Assembly: GCA_028534125.1 (NCBI GenBank)
Contig: CM052816.1
Span: 51,648,001 to 51,712,000 of the forward strand
DNA: 64,000 nucleotides
Direction of reading: 5' to 3'
Source of the DNA: Lama glama
Lineage: Eukaryota
A model generated the notes under the pieces. That model saw only the letters and a list, made by a program, of their open reading frames with translations. It made no database searches and was not told the DNA's origin. This document shows positions 53,132-64,000 of this stretch, in pieces; the first letter of the stretch is position 1; every line of letters starts with the position of its first letter. The position numbers were made by a program, and so were the translations under genes.

Positions 53132-54933
53132 GTAAGTACATTTGGGTTTGTTTGCTCATAAAAACTGATGTTACATTTTATTTGGGCAATGAAATAGTTG
53201 TCCAGATGTTAAGAAGAGCCCCTGTGTATTGGCCAAGAAGTGAACATCTGATTTGTACTGAGTTGTTTCATCTGCCAACCCCAGTACATATGCTGATGTT
53301 CATTAGTGAAACAGTTATCAATCTGGCCAAAATTGCCCTCAGTACCGTGTTTTACTTCAGCATATGTTTCTGTAAACCAGTAAGATACACTCTGTCCAAT
53401 CATGAAGAAAGCTATCCTCAGTTACACAATGATATGCTTGAATTTGCAGTTTTCCAGAACAATCCATACCCACCCCCTGAGTACCCCACCCGCCGTACAG
53501 AAAGTCTAAGAAGACATTAAACTTTCTCCCAATCCTGAAGAGATTCAGATAGCAAAATAATGACTGGTAATTGGAAGGATTTTTTTAGTTTTCACTCTTA
53601 GAAATCGAGAGCACTTACTCTTTTTCTTATCATTTAGTACATGTTAAAATTTCCCAATTATTCATATAGACATGAAGTCAAATTATCATGTTTTACATGA
53701 CCTCTTAAACCTACAAATAACCTTTTAACCATCATAACATCATAATCCTTGCTGCATCTTAAGGCCATCATAGATGACTTGTTATAATACTTCAGGGGAA
53801 ATGCCTAGCAGAGAGGCAAGGATGAAACGGTAAAAAGGAAAACCGTTCCTAAGGAAGTTTTCAGAGCTGGTGACTAACTAGAGCAGGAAAAAGGAGTACT
53901 TAGGGAGATCAATGAGCGTTTCACCCTTCATGGAAATAATGTCCCATGAACACAGTGAAAAGCACATGGTGTTTTAGACCTGTGAACTTAGCGTTCAGTG
54001 TCCCCTTAAGCTATCCAAACTAAGAAAGACTAATTTTTTTCACATTCTCTATGAAACAGAAATAAAAGTAAGGAAGTTTGGATAAACCTAATTTTTCTTG
54101 AAGTCAATTAAGAATAAGCCCAGTATAGTTTTATGAAATTAGACTTACTTGAAAGTAAATTTAAGTTGTCTAATAAATAGCAATAAATATATTACTTGAA
54201 ATAATTAGTGGCCTATGTCTCTATACTGAGAGTGAAGTGAAAATTTAGCTACTTAATAGTTAATCTGATTACTGTACATCTGACAATTCTAAAACCCATT
54301 GCCTGAATTACCATTTCGGTTGTGTGAATTCACTTTAGAATCACCTAATATCCATTTCAGATTGATGGCGTAGCTACAGCCTTAGGAACCCCTCAGCATT
54401 AGTCAACATTACCTCTCATTTCTAACTGATGTGATAGCTCAAGTTATAATGCCCCAGAAGTGTTGCAGTTGAAACTGATAGAAGAGCATCAATGTATCTT
54501 TTTAAATATATGAGTATCTTTTGGTTTTCAGCTGCCTATAAAAGCCAGGGATACAAAATATAAGAAGATTACAGTAAACTAAATCAAGGATACACATGAA
54601 ATATTTCTATTTTATGGATTTGTAAAGGCCCCATTAAATGGTTTCTCCTTAACCTCATTATACCAGATGTGATTAAGTCATGGATAATAAATCAGTGTTA
54701 CAGCCTCATTGTCTTTGGAAACGTGTCAAAACAGTCTCAGCATATTTAAGCTAAACTATATTTTGCATAACATTGAAATGATTGTGCATTCAAAGAAAAT
54801 AAATTATGGAGAAAATATATTTCCTCTATTATTTTCAAACTGGATTATTATAAAGTCTAACTTTTCTTTTGTTTTTCCTTATATTGTTTAATGAAATGCC
54901 TGACTTTTACTGAAATTTTTTATAATTATTTAG

Positions 54934-54988
54934 GGTCCTCCAGGAGGTGGAGGGCCACCAGGAACACCCATCATGCCTAGTCCAGCAG
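54934..54988 (+). CDS. SSBP2: SSBP2 exon 12 (55 nt, phase 0-1): GPPGGGGPPGTPIMPSPA(D)
   Basis: Acceptor aattatttag|GGT, donor CAG|gtattg. Confidence 0.95.
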
Positions 54989-56889
54989 GTATTGTAATCA
55001 AACTAGCCACGTGGGCATTTGACTCTTAGAATAAAAATCACAAAATACAGAGATTCTTAGGAAATGTAGTAGTATTCATTACCTCATTGATGGCTTCACA
55101 AGTCGAGTAGAGGTAGCAAGTAGGAAGAAATAGTGTTCTTAAGTAGCTTATTGTCCAATTACTTTAAGCATTTAGGAAATTCCTGTTGTGTGGGTGACAG
55201 AATTAATTAGAATTAAATGGTGTTGATCTGTATGAATTTCCCAGTAGCTTATCTGACTGAAAGTCTGCTTGAGACTGTGAAAAAGATCCAGATCTCACAA
55301 TTTAGAAAATTTCTGCATAAGTAACACATGAAATACATGGATCCGTTAGGTTTAATACAGCAAAGTAGACCTACCATAGTAGGATGTGGATGTGCTTACA
55401 ATTACAATATCACTTAGCCTGCATGTCTAAGGTATTCATTAGTTAGCTAATAAACCCACTATGTAGTGTGGAAAGTTTTTTAATCTTTTAAAGTACCTCA
55501 GTATTCCTGTAATCTCTTAATATAATTATTTTAAGTATCATTCTCTTTTCTTTAAAACTTTAGTACAAACTATTAAATGTATGTGTCCTGAGGACCATAA
55601 CTGGGACACAGCCCTCTTAGAAAGCGCTCTGGCAACAAGTACCAAGAGCTGTGAGAAAGTTTATACCACCTGATTCTATAATCCTACTACTCAAAATGAT
55701 TAGAGATACAATTGAAGAATCATGTAGGAGGATGCTCATTTGTTGTAACAGTGAAATAGATACAACCTTCATACCTAATCCAGTTTTAATGAACTTTTTA
55801 AATTAACTTTTTATGAACTATAATGTAGCCATTAAAATTATTGTCAAAGAATTTTTTTAATGACATGGAGAAATACATGTTCATGATTTGATAGAGTATG
55901 ATCACAATGTTATTTTAAAATATATGTAACACTGAAATCTAGAAAGTAGGTAACAAAGAAATAGGCTAAGACTTTTATCAGTTTTCACTTCTGGCTAATG
56001 AAACTGATGGAAAATTTTTATAATTAGAAATTATTATTATGTTGCACTGTTTATTATGTTGCACTAGTTTGCTGACATCTAGATATACAGAAGCTTGAAA
56101 TTAAGTATCAATCATACCAATAAATAATTATTTTTAAGTTTGGAATCTTTAATTTAGAAAAAGCATAAATTTGATATTTAATTCAAAATTTTACTTTGTT
56201 TTACTAACTCTTTGGAATACATCATAAACATTTGATGGATCTCTGTCTTCAGAGCATCTTAAAAGAAGTGAAACAGAATTCATTGTGTATAGAATTATAT
56301 GGACTGAACATCTTGCCAAAATTTGCATTCTTATCTGATGAAATTAAGGCTTAATTTATGAAGGTAGAACATGATTAATAAATACTTCACTACAATACTC
56401 AAAGAAATTTTTGGAGTAACACTAAACTTTGCAGATAAAACATAATCTGATCACTTTCTTTCAAGCCAGAAATTGCCACCAGTATATTGTCCTTGCTTTT
56501 TTTGCATATTCTTATGTACTCATCCCTTATCAGTCAGTCCTCTAATATGAAGTCAATACCCCCCCCGCAAAAAAATTAGGTGCCAGTTCTACTTCATTGT
56601 CAAGTGTTTCTGTATATGAAAAGCCCTACATTTTCTAGAAAATACCAATCTATTCACTTAGTGTTTTTTTAAAGATGAAATAATAAGTTTAATTGGTCTT
56701 AAAAAATATAAATTTCTCTTTCTGAATGTTTTAAAATACACAACTCACCTTCCTTTCAAATTAATTACTAAAATTAGTAAGTAAAATTAGTAAGGCCAAT
56801 AAAAGGTGAAAACCCATTCGAAGGTTTCCTATGCTTAAAAAGCAACCCAAGCTTTTCTGAAAGATAAGTTTTCAGGAGAGTTTATTCCA

Positions 56890-57330
56890 TTAGTTGAATC
56901 TAAGTAAGCAGATATTTATTGTCTATAGTACACAACATGAGTAAGACATGGTCCCTTTCCTCCTCTCAAGGAACTTATAACCTAGTTGGAAGCAGGAGAG
57001 AAGAATAAGACAAGTAAAATATTAACTATAATGCAAAGCAGAATTCAGTGGTGGGGAAGCACTCCCACACACCTGTGAGTGTCAGGGGACAATGAGACTT
57101 AATGGAAGATGTGGTACTGGCAATGGACCTTGAATAGTGAGTATAATTTCAGTAAATGGAGACTGGATAGAGAAGATGCTCAGAGGAAGAAAGAACAGAA
57201 ACATGGAGATGGAAAAGTCTGACCCTATGCAAGAAGGAACAAGTGGCCTGAGTTGACAGGAGTATAGTGTACACAGGATGTAGAAATAGTTATGGCCACA
57301 AAAGTAAGTTAGGCGCTTACTTAGTATAAA
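56890..57330 (-). mobile_element. LINE-2 3' fragment (antisense)
   Basis: 'agcagatatttattg...taagacatggtccct...ctcaaggaacttata.cctagttgga'. Confidence 0.6.
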
Positions 57331-57907
57331 CACATAGGGGTCAGCCAGAGGTGGGCATTTCAACTTTTCAACAGCATGATGTATTAATCTAGAAGTAAAA
57401 AATAATATTTAGGTTTATGGATCACTTTACAAACAATGGATAAATGGCATCTAAACTACTCTAAAGTAATAAATTTATTAATGTCTAGTAACTCAAAATA
57501 GGAGGAAAAGCAATTACCCTTTTCCCACTCTATGGTTACTGCCATGAGAAAGCAAGTGATTTTTACCTTCTGCCTTGAATCAGTACAAAACACATGAAAA
57601 ATACCTTTTTCAAAATAGAGAGTCCTACTTTAATATATTTAAGAAAACTGTATAACTGGAAAAATAGGAAAACATTTTATAATTGATAGCTTCTAAATGG
57701 AAAATATTAAGCCTTTCACTCTAGGCCATATGTTATAAAATACATATACTCAAAGACTTAATTAGAATTAGGTAATAGACATGAAATGTAAATTTTTAAA
57801 AATTCTATAAAATGTTGCATATATTTATATAGGTATACACTAGTTATTTTTATTATAATAAATCAAGAATAAAATGAGTGCTAAAAATTTTATTAAAAGT
57901 TGTACTA

Positions 57908-57962
57908 GTGGGACACAACATTGTAAAATGACTCTAACTCAATAAAAATAATAATAATAAAA
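57908..57962 (+). mobile_element. Extremely 5'-truncated young L1 insertion (55 bp) with perfect 13-bp TSD
   Basis: aaaagttgtacta at 57895-57907 and 57963-57975 flanks 'gtgggacacaacattgtaaaatgactctaactcaataaaaataataataataaaa'. The target context is tt|aaaa. Confidence 0.85.
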
Positions 57963-58281
57963 AAAAGTTGTACTACTGGAAGCTGGTTTTTGCTTCAAGC
58001 AAGAGAATATTTCATTCCACTTGTATAGTCTTGTTCCAGTCACTTTCTGTGGGAATTAAGCCAGGATATTCCACCAGGACATAATATTCCACTAAGGAAA
58101 TAAATAACTGAAAAGCTACTTAATCAGAATTTTGAGAGATTTTTATTATATGGATACATATCAGTTGCTTAGAGAAGTCAAAAGGTATCCGTGTTTTTTA
58201 AAAATTTACTGCAATCTTTTAGATTTTTAAAGTAATACTCCTTTTGACCTAGATTATTCAAGTGATTACTCATAATATTAT

Positions 58282-58309
58282 ACACACACATACACACACA
58301 CACACACAC
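58282..58309. repeat. (CA)n microsatellite, interrupted
   Basis: acacacacatacacacacacacacacac. Confidence 0.9.
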
Positions 58310-58523
58310 TAGGTAGGTACTCCTAATTTATTACCTTAGAATAATAATTTCTGGGTCAGAAAATGATTTACAGATACTTGGTTTCTGATCATTAGGCATG
58401 ACTGTTTCAAGTGCTGCAGCTGTTAACATGCATAAGTGTCCAGATCATCTTTGATTATTACTTTGTGATGACTTGGGTGAAGATTATAAAGAAAGATACT
58501 AATTAAGTAATATTTTGTTTCAG

Positions 58524-58594
58524 ATTCCACCAACTCTGGAGACAACATGTATACTTTAATGAATGCAGTACCTCCTGGACCTAACAGGCCTAAT
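58524..58594 (+). CDS. SSBP2: SSBP2 exon 13 (71 nt, phase 1-0): (D)[23 protein letters not shown]
   Basis: Acceptor attttgtttcag|AT, donor AAT|gtaaat. Confidence 0.95.
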
Positions 58595-59196
58595 GTAAAT
58601 ATGAATCTTCTTTAAAATTTTTAGAATGCATTTGAAGACTTAAACTCTAAATACATTCCTTTTCCTCGATACTGTTTAAGCTTTATATTTTATTATCCAG
58701 AATCCTATTGGATATCAAAAGAATCAAATTCTTTATATGTTCTGGGCTGAAAAAAACATAACATATAACATATATAACAAAAGATTTCATATCAGCATAA
58801 TTTAAATGTAAAACTGAACCTAATCAATTATAAAATGTTGGTCTATGGCCTTTATCTCAAATACCTAATAATTAATACTGTTTGAAAATGGCAGGTAATG
58901 TATAATCATCTATGTTAACCTCATTTTCAGCATCACTAATTTCTTCATATGGTTGGGGGTTTTTTTCCCTGATAAACTTGAAATTAAATTAGGAAGTTGA
59001 ATATGCTCACTTTTAACTTTTGAAATCTGGGGTTTAAATATAGAACTAAAGCAGATATACAGAAAGAATTTGGGTATTATTAATAAAGCATATGGTCATG
59101 ATTTTTCCACAAAAACGGACAGGAAAATTGTATTTACCTATGATAAAAACCCACATGTTAACAAAAAATATTTCTAACAAAATACAGTTAATTGAC

Positions 59197-59200
<4 letters not shown>

Positions 59201-59240
<40 letters not shown>
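59201..59240. repeat. (AT)20 microsatellite
   Basis: Perfect AT dinucleotide run. Confidence 0.95.
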
Positions 59241-59243
<3 letters not shown>

Positions 59244-59371
59244 TATACAGTAGCTTAAATTAAGGAAAAATCAGATGTATGACAAATTTCCGTAAGTATA
59301 ACAAAATCTAGAAAGGAAATGAGTATTTTAATTGAGCTTCCTAGCAGTCAAGACAACAAAGGGAAACCATA

Positions 59372-59652
59372 AATTGTCCAGTGTGGTGTGGTACTTGAAA
59401 TATGGCAAGTCCAAATTGACATGTGCTGCAAGTCTGAAATACACCCTGGATTTTGAGGATTTAATGTAGAAAACAAGTAAAATATCTCATTAAACTTTTG
59501 ACTATTTTGAAATGATTAATTTTGATATGTACGGTAAATAGCTTAGTAACTTCACTTGCTTCTTTTTACCTTTTAAACATGGCTGCTAGTAAATTTAAAT
59601 TTTCTTGTGTAGTTCACACTTGCGGCTTGCGTATTTCTGTTAAGCAGCACTG
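59372..59652. mobile_element. MER33-like hAT-Charlie element
   Basis: 'acttgaaatatggcaagtccaaattgacatgtgctgcaagt...aaatacaccctggatttt...aaatttaaatt...atttctgttaagcagcactg'. Confidence 0.75.
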
Positions 59653-61381
59653 CCTCCAGTTATCAGTATTCTCTTTATGTCATCAAATAAATTCTTTTTC
59701 CAGAAAAAGAAACAATTTCCTGTCAGTAATGTCTAAAAGGTGTTTTCACAGAGATTTTAAAGAACACTGTGAATACGATAATGAGCAACGTTCATTTTAG
59801 AAATGCAGCATATAGAAGAGCTCCTCATACTGCAATTTCATATCTTAAAACTTGATATTTGAAAGGGAGGGAGGAAGGGAGGAAACCAAGAGCATATGGT
59901 ACTGGAGACATTTCTACAGGCAGCTAAACTGATATCGTCCAGTGTGCTCCATTCTGGTTCTCTAACTTGTTACAAAGATAAGAGATTCAAGAAAAGTAGA
60001 AGATGAACATATCACTTTTTCAAATGTCATTCATTTCCGCCAGAGGTAGTGAAAGCAAATGCCTGCTAAGGGCTAGGACTGCAGTGTTATGTGCTTCCAG
60101 TATGATACCTACAGTCTTAAAGTTGTTTAGAGCACAGTGGGGCGGATAAAAGGACCAGACCAAGGAGGTTCACGGGCTACTGGCCTCATGGGCACCACTG
60201 GTTTCTTACCTAGATCTAAATTATGCTTGTGACAGTAACCGTTCAGAGTTAATTTCTTTGTCCTCTCATTCAACACATACATATTCCAAGTTATTTACTG
60301 AAAATGAAAACAATTCATCTATGTACTTTTAGGCAACAGAATTGGCGTTATTCTGGGAAAATGTATAAGCACGTGGTTTGTGTGGTCACAGTGATGGAAA
60401 ACCATCTGATTACACACAGTCAGTGCCATACAGGTTGTCTGCTGAGGGCAGTTTCCCGCCCCCCAAAGTCTGTATGATTAGTAACCACCACCCCATCTAC
60501 ACACGTAAATACACGTACACACACTGCATTCCGTATTCTGCACCAAACAATGTGGAAGAAATGTTCTGGGCATGGGGAATTTTAAAAGCAAGTGTTTTTG
60601 GTAGGCTATCTTAACTGGAAACATAAGGTAATTCTAGAGAACTTGTTTTCAAAGTAGGGTCCGAGTCTCCTTAGAAGTATTCCAGGGGAATTGAGGGAAA
60701 GACTGAGGCGGCAGGACTCTCCACCACCAGCTCTGCCACAGCGCATCTGTTCACACCTGTGTTGTAGCAGGCTTCTGATGTAAGGTTTCAATGGAAAATA
60801 AAATACCGCTAGTTTAAAAAAGGTTAACAGCTATTGAATGTCTCTAACTGTCATTGAACTCACGTAGTTGAGACTGCCAAGAAGACCTGGCTATTTTCAG
60901 CTATCCCCAAGGAGCTAATGTATTTAACCTGCAAGATGAAATTATTTATCATGTCCACTTTAACAAAGATAGATTGTCCGCTAAGAAAAATGTTAATGTT
61001 GGCATGTAATATTCAATTATTCTTATTAATAAACCAATCCCTTTAGAGGCTTCTTCTTGTCTGTAATAACAACATTTGTCAACAGCATGGAAGAGAATGC
61101 TTATCATCTCATTTGCACTGGAATGTATGTGCTTTCTAGGTAAGGATATCTGAAGAAGAAAAATTTGGATCTGAATGAGGATTAGCCTGAACATAGAGAA
61201 ATGGAATGAGGGAGGTAGAGAATCTAGAGGGCTGGAAAAAAAGCTAGAAAAATAATCTCCAGACTTGGAAATGAAGATAAGTTGTGGAAGTGTCTTACAA
61301 TGTTAAAGATAGATGTTATGACATTAAGATAAATAACTGTTTTCAATGTGATCATAGTCATTTTCTCCATTTTTTAAATAG

Positions 61382-61460
61382 TTTCCAATGGGCCCTGGGT
61401 CTGATGGTCCCATGGGTGGATTAGGAGGAATGGAGTCACATCACATGAATGGCTCTTTAG
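61382..61460 (+). CDS. SSBP2: SSBP2 exon 14 (79 nt, phase 0-1): [26 protein letters not shown](G)
   Basis: Acceptor ttttttaaatag|TTT, donor TAG|gtaagg. Confidence 0.95.
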
Positions 61461-62482
61461 GTAAGGATATTAAATTTGATGCTCAGAAATGAATTCAAAA
61501 CAAAATCTTAATTCTACATAGTGGACATTATGATGGTTTGCAAAGTTCTTCCGTGTGGAGGAACTCATTTTGAAATGCTTCAGCTTTTACCTGAGACTGA
61601 TGGTTTAATCCACAGTATATTGGCTCTGATGGCTGGAGATCATTTGAAAAATCAGATACGTGAGAATTGTTCTAACCTAGCTCATATTCACAGGCATTTA
61701 CTTTAATCTGTCAAAATCTGAGTGTTCTGTGATAAAAGGGTGCACTGCTGCTTTGGGCACCGGGAGGGCTGTGGTATCCTCCCAACAGGCTTCTTATCTC
61801 CAAAGATCTACACACACTGTCCCCGAGGAGCTTCAACTCCTACAAGAATTTCTTAATTTTGTTTTTGTGTATTAATGTTTGTCTCTTTAAAAATAAAATT
61901 GGTAATCATAATCTGAATGATTCTCTTGAGAGAACACTGTCCACATTGTCAGTGTTTGTAATAAAGTAGTGTGGATAAAGGTTGAAATCATAATTCATAA
62001 ATGATGGTTTTTGCTTTTTTTTTTTTACCAAATGGAGCCAAATATCTGTAAGGTGAACAAAAAGTCTTACAATAGTGAGAAACAGAGACAAGTGGTACAA
62101 AATTGACCCAGTCACACACATGCAGTATATGGAAGCAGGCCAAATGCAAAACACAAAGGAAAAAAAAAGACTTTTTTTATGTTTGTATATGTTTATCATC
62201 ATATCATACTGTATCATAAACAGTGACGGTGGACGTTTGTGATCATTTTTTTTCTTTTGAAAAGGAACTGTCTTTTACTTAAGTTGGAGAAACTATGCCC
62301 ATGAGTAACTCAGGTTGTACACAGACTTCATAACCCCACCCTAGGTCAGGAAATGCCAGCCTCTGATGCTTTGAAAAGCTATGTAACTTCAGTAATCAAG
62401 AAATTCTTTGTAGCACTTTGGAAGACCTTTTATGCTTTTAAGGATCCATGCGTATTTTGCCTAGATTTCAACATGTTTATTT

Positions 62483-62671
62483 GAACTGTCCAATTATGGT
62501 AGCTACTAGTCATGTCTGACTAATGTTTAATGAAATTAAATGTAAAATTCAGTTCCTCAGTTGCACTCATATGTAACATCAAGTGCACAGTCACATGAGC
62601 TAATGGTGACCATAACAGACACTGCAAAGAAACACTTCCATCATTGCAAAACGTTCTATTGGACAGCACTG
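62483..62671. mobile_element. MER3-like hAT-Charlie element
   Basis: 'ctgtccaattatggtagctactagtcat...aaattcagttcctcagttgcact...ttccatcattgcaaaacgttctattggacagcactg'. Confidence 0.8.
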
Positions 62672-63705
62672 TTCCAGAATTTTACTTTCCAGCTTACTGC
62701 AGAATAACTCACTTTTCAGTCTTTTAATTTGTAAGCTCATTCACAAAAACGACATTTGGTCATAGAAGATTCTCAGATATATTACTCACTAAAATAGAAT
62801 TTGCAGAAGAGTTTCACATACATTTGTCATCTCTAATGAGTATTTCTGCATGTGTTTATATATACATAATCACATATGTACATTCAGCTTTATTATGCCT
62901 GTTTATAAATTAATCATGTTAATAAGCCCTCACTTTATTTGTGACTGCTGACGAAATGTAAGATTAAAATAATATTTTATGCCAGGAAAATTGTTTAAAT
63001 GTAAAAAGTTTTTTAAAAAAGCTAAAATTGTGGCAAGGATCTGATCTTTGTTCTTTGTTATGATTCCATTTCTTTAGAGATTAGTACTGATTCTCCATTC
63101 TCCTAAGAACTAAAATAAAGTTATAACACTATATTTTGAAGACATTTTTGCTTTTAATGGATTGCCATGAATATTGATTGCTACCAAATTTTTAATATTC
63201 AGAATACTTTGATTTTGATTATAGTAAAATATGTTTCAGAATATTGTCAGCTACTGTTGCAAATATCCATTTTATATTTTATCATATTTACTAGAAGCAT
63301 CATTTCAGAAAATACAGAGATCTCTCTCTTGCTCTTTATTTACATGTATGTATATCTATATTTGTGTTAGTATACACATTTTTAAATTTTGTATTGAGTA
63401 GGGTATATATGTCCAGTATTTCACTTTCAGGAATTTATGATAATAGTTTCTTATTCTGCCATTACCCAAAAAAGTAGGTGACTGGGAACTAGAGGTACAA
63501 TTCTTCCTTGCATTTGCCGTCAGCTGACACTCACCATACAGTTTAAGAGGAAAGTAATTTTCTGAGATTCAAAAATCCAGGAGGTAAACACTGGAAAATA
63601 CATGCAATGTACTGCACTATTTGCATATATTTATATTAAAGGAATACGTAATTTACAAATGGAATCTTTACCTAATAAAGGCTTTCTTTCCCTATTTTGT
63701 TTCAG

Positions 63706-63734
63706 GCTCAGGAGATATGGACAGTATTTCCAAG
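63706..63734 (+). CDS. SSBP2: SSBP2 exon 15 (29 nt, phase 1-0): (G)SGDMDSISK
   Basis: Acceptor ctattttgtttcag|GC, donor AAG|gtcagt; SGSGDMDSISK visible in ORF 63621..63863. Confidence 0.94.
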
Positions 63735-64000
63735 GTCAGTACTGTGTATTCTATGTTGTTTTTCAATCTTTATTTTATTCCACATGGAAGTCTTAAGATG
63801 ATTAGAGTAACATTATGGATTTTGTTCTCAAACAAGAGTTTGAAAGTAGAAGGCCAGATATAATTAAGTGGAAGTTAAAAATATTAATGGATATAATCTA
63901 TGGGAAAGGGTTAAATGAGTCTTAAGAATGTTCCAAAGCATGCTAAGATTCATTTACAGGACGTGCTATATACATGATTAGTAGAAACCCAAGTAAATAA

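Larger units (their letters stand above)
10624..63734 (+). other. SSBP2: SSBP2 gene, internal portion (about exons 5-15); gene extends beyond both window ends
   Basis: Ten short AG/GT-bounded exons encode the Pro/Gly/Met-rich SSDP region. Residues such as [41 protein letters not shown] and GSGDMDSISK match my recollection of SSBP2 rather than SSBP3/4. Confidence 0.96.

Noticed and set aside
53071..53520. 149-aa ORF overlapping exon 11
   Set aside because: It is in a different frame from the true exon, runs through intron, and has no recognisable homology; likely a chance ORF.
60035..60052. CTCF-like ccgccagaggtagt
   Set aside because: It lacks the conserved GGC at the 3' side of the core; weak match.
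1..64000. CRISPR array, operon or other prokaryote-type system; rRNA or snoRNA genes
   Set aside because: No regularly spaced repeat-spacer array, no dense ORFs and no RNA gene I could recognise. The window is explained by SSBP2 introns and mammalian repeats. An Infernal/Rfam scan would be needed to exclude small ncRNAs formally.

Overview
This is AT-rich mammalian genomic DNA with three 500-N scaffold gaps. It is probably camelid, judging from a camelid-type tRNA-derived SINE and cetartiodactyl-type L1 3' UTRs. The whole window lies inside the SSBP2 gene (SSDP/LDB1 cofactor family) on the + strand. Ten coding exons can be read with canonical AG/GT boundaries; by recalled human numbering they are exons 5, 6 and 8-15. 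Their phases join correctly except between exons 6 and 8, which implies that exon 7 lies in the gap at 32729-33228. The introns are full of L1, L2, MIR, MaLR and hAT/TcMar transposon fossils. The most notable observation is a decayed fossil exon at 27596-27675 in intron 5. It matches the 'GPPGSQPSPHAQ...MMGPHxQ' exon that paralogs SSBP3/SSBP4 carry at this junction, but has a frameshift/stop and a GT>AT donor loss. Also seen: an in-frame alternative acceptor (SDPWLSLQ), several candidate micro/poison exons, a strong CTCF-like site and a tiny young L1 insertion with a perfect TSD. No prokaryote-type system (CRISPR, operon) is present. Repeat subfamily names and boundaries come from recalled consensus sequences and are approximate.
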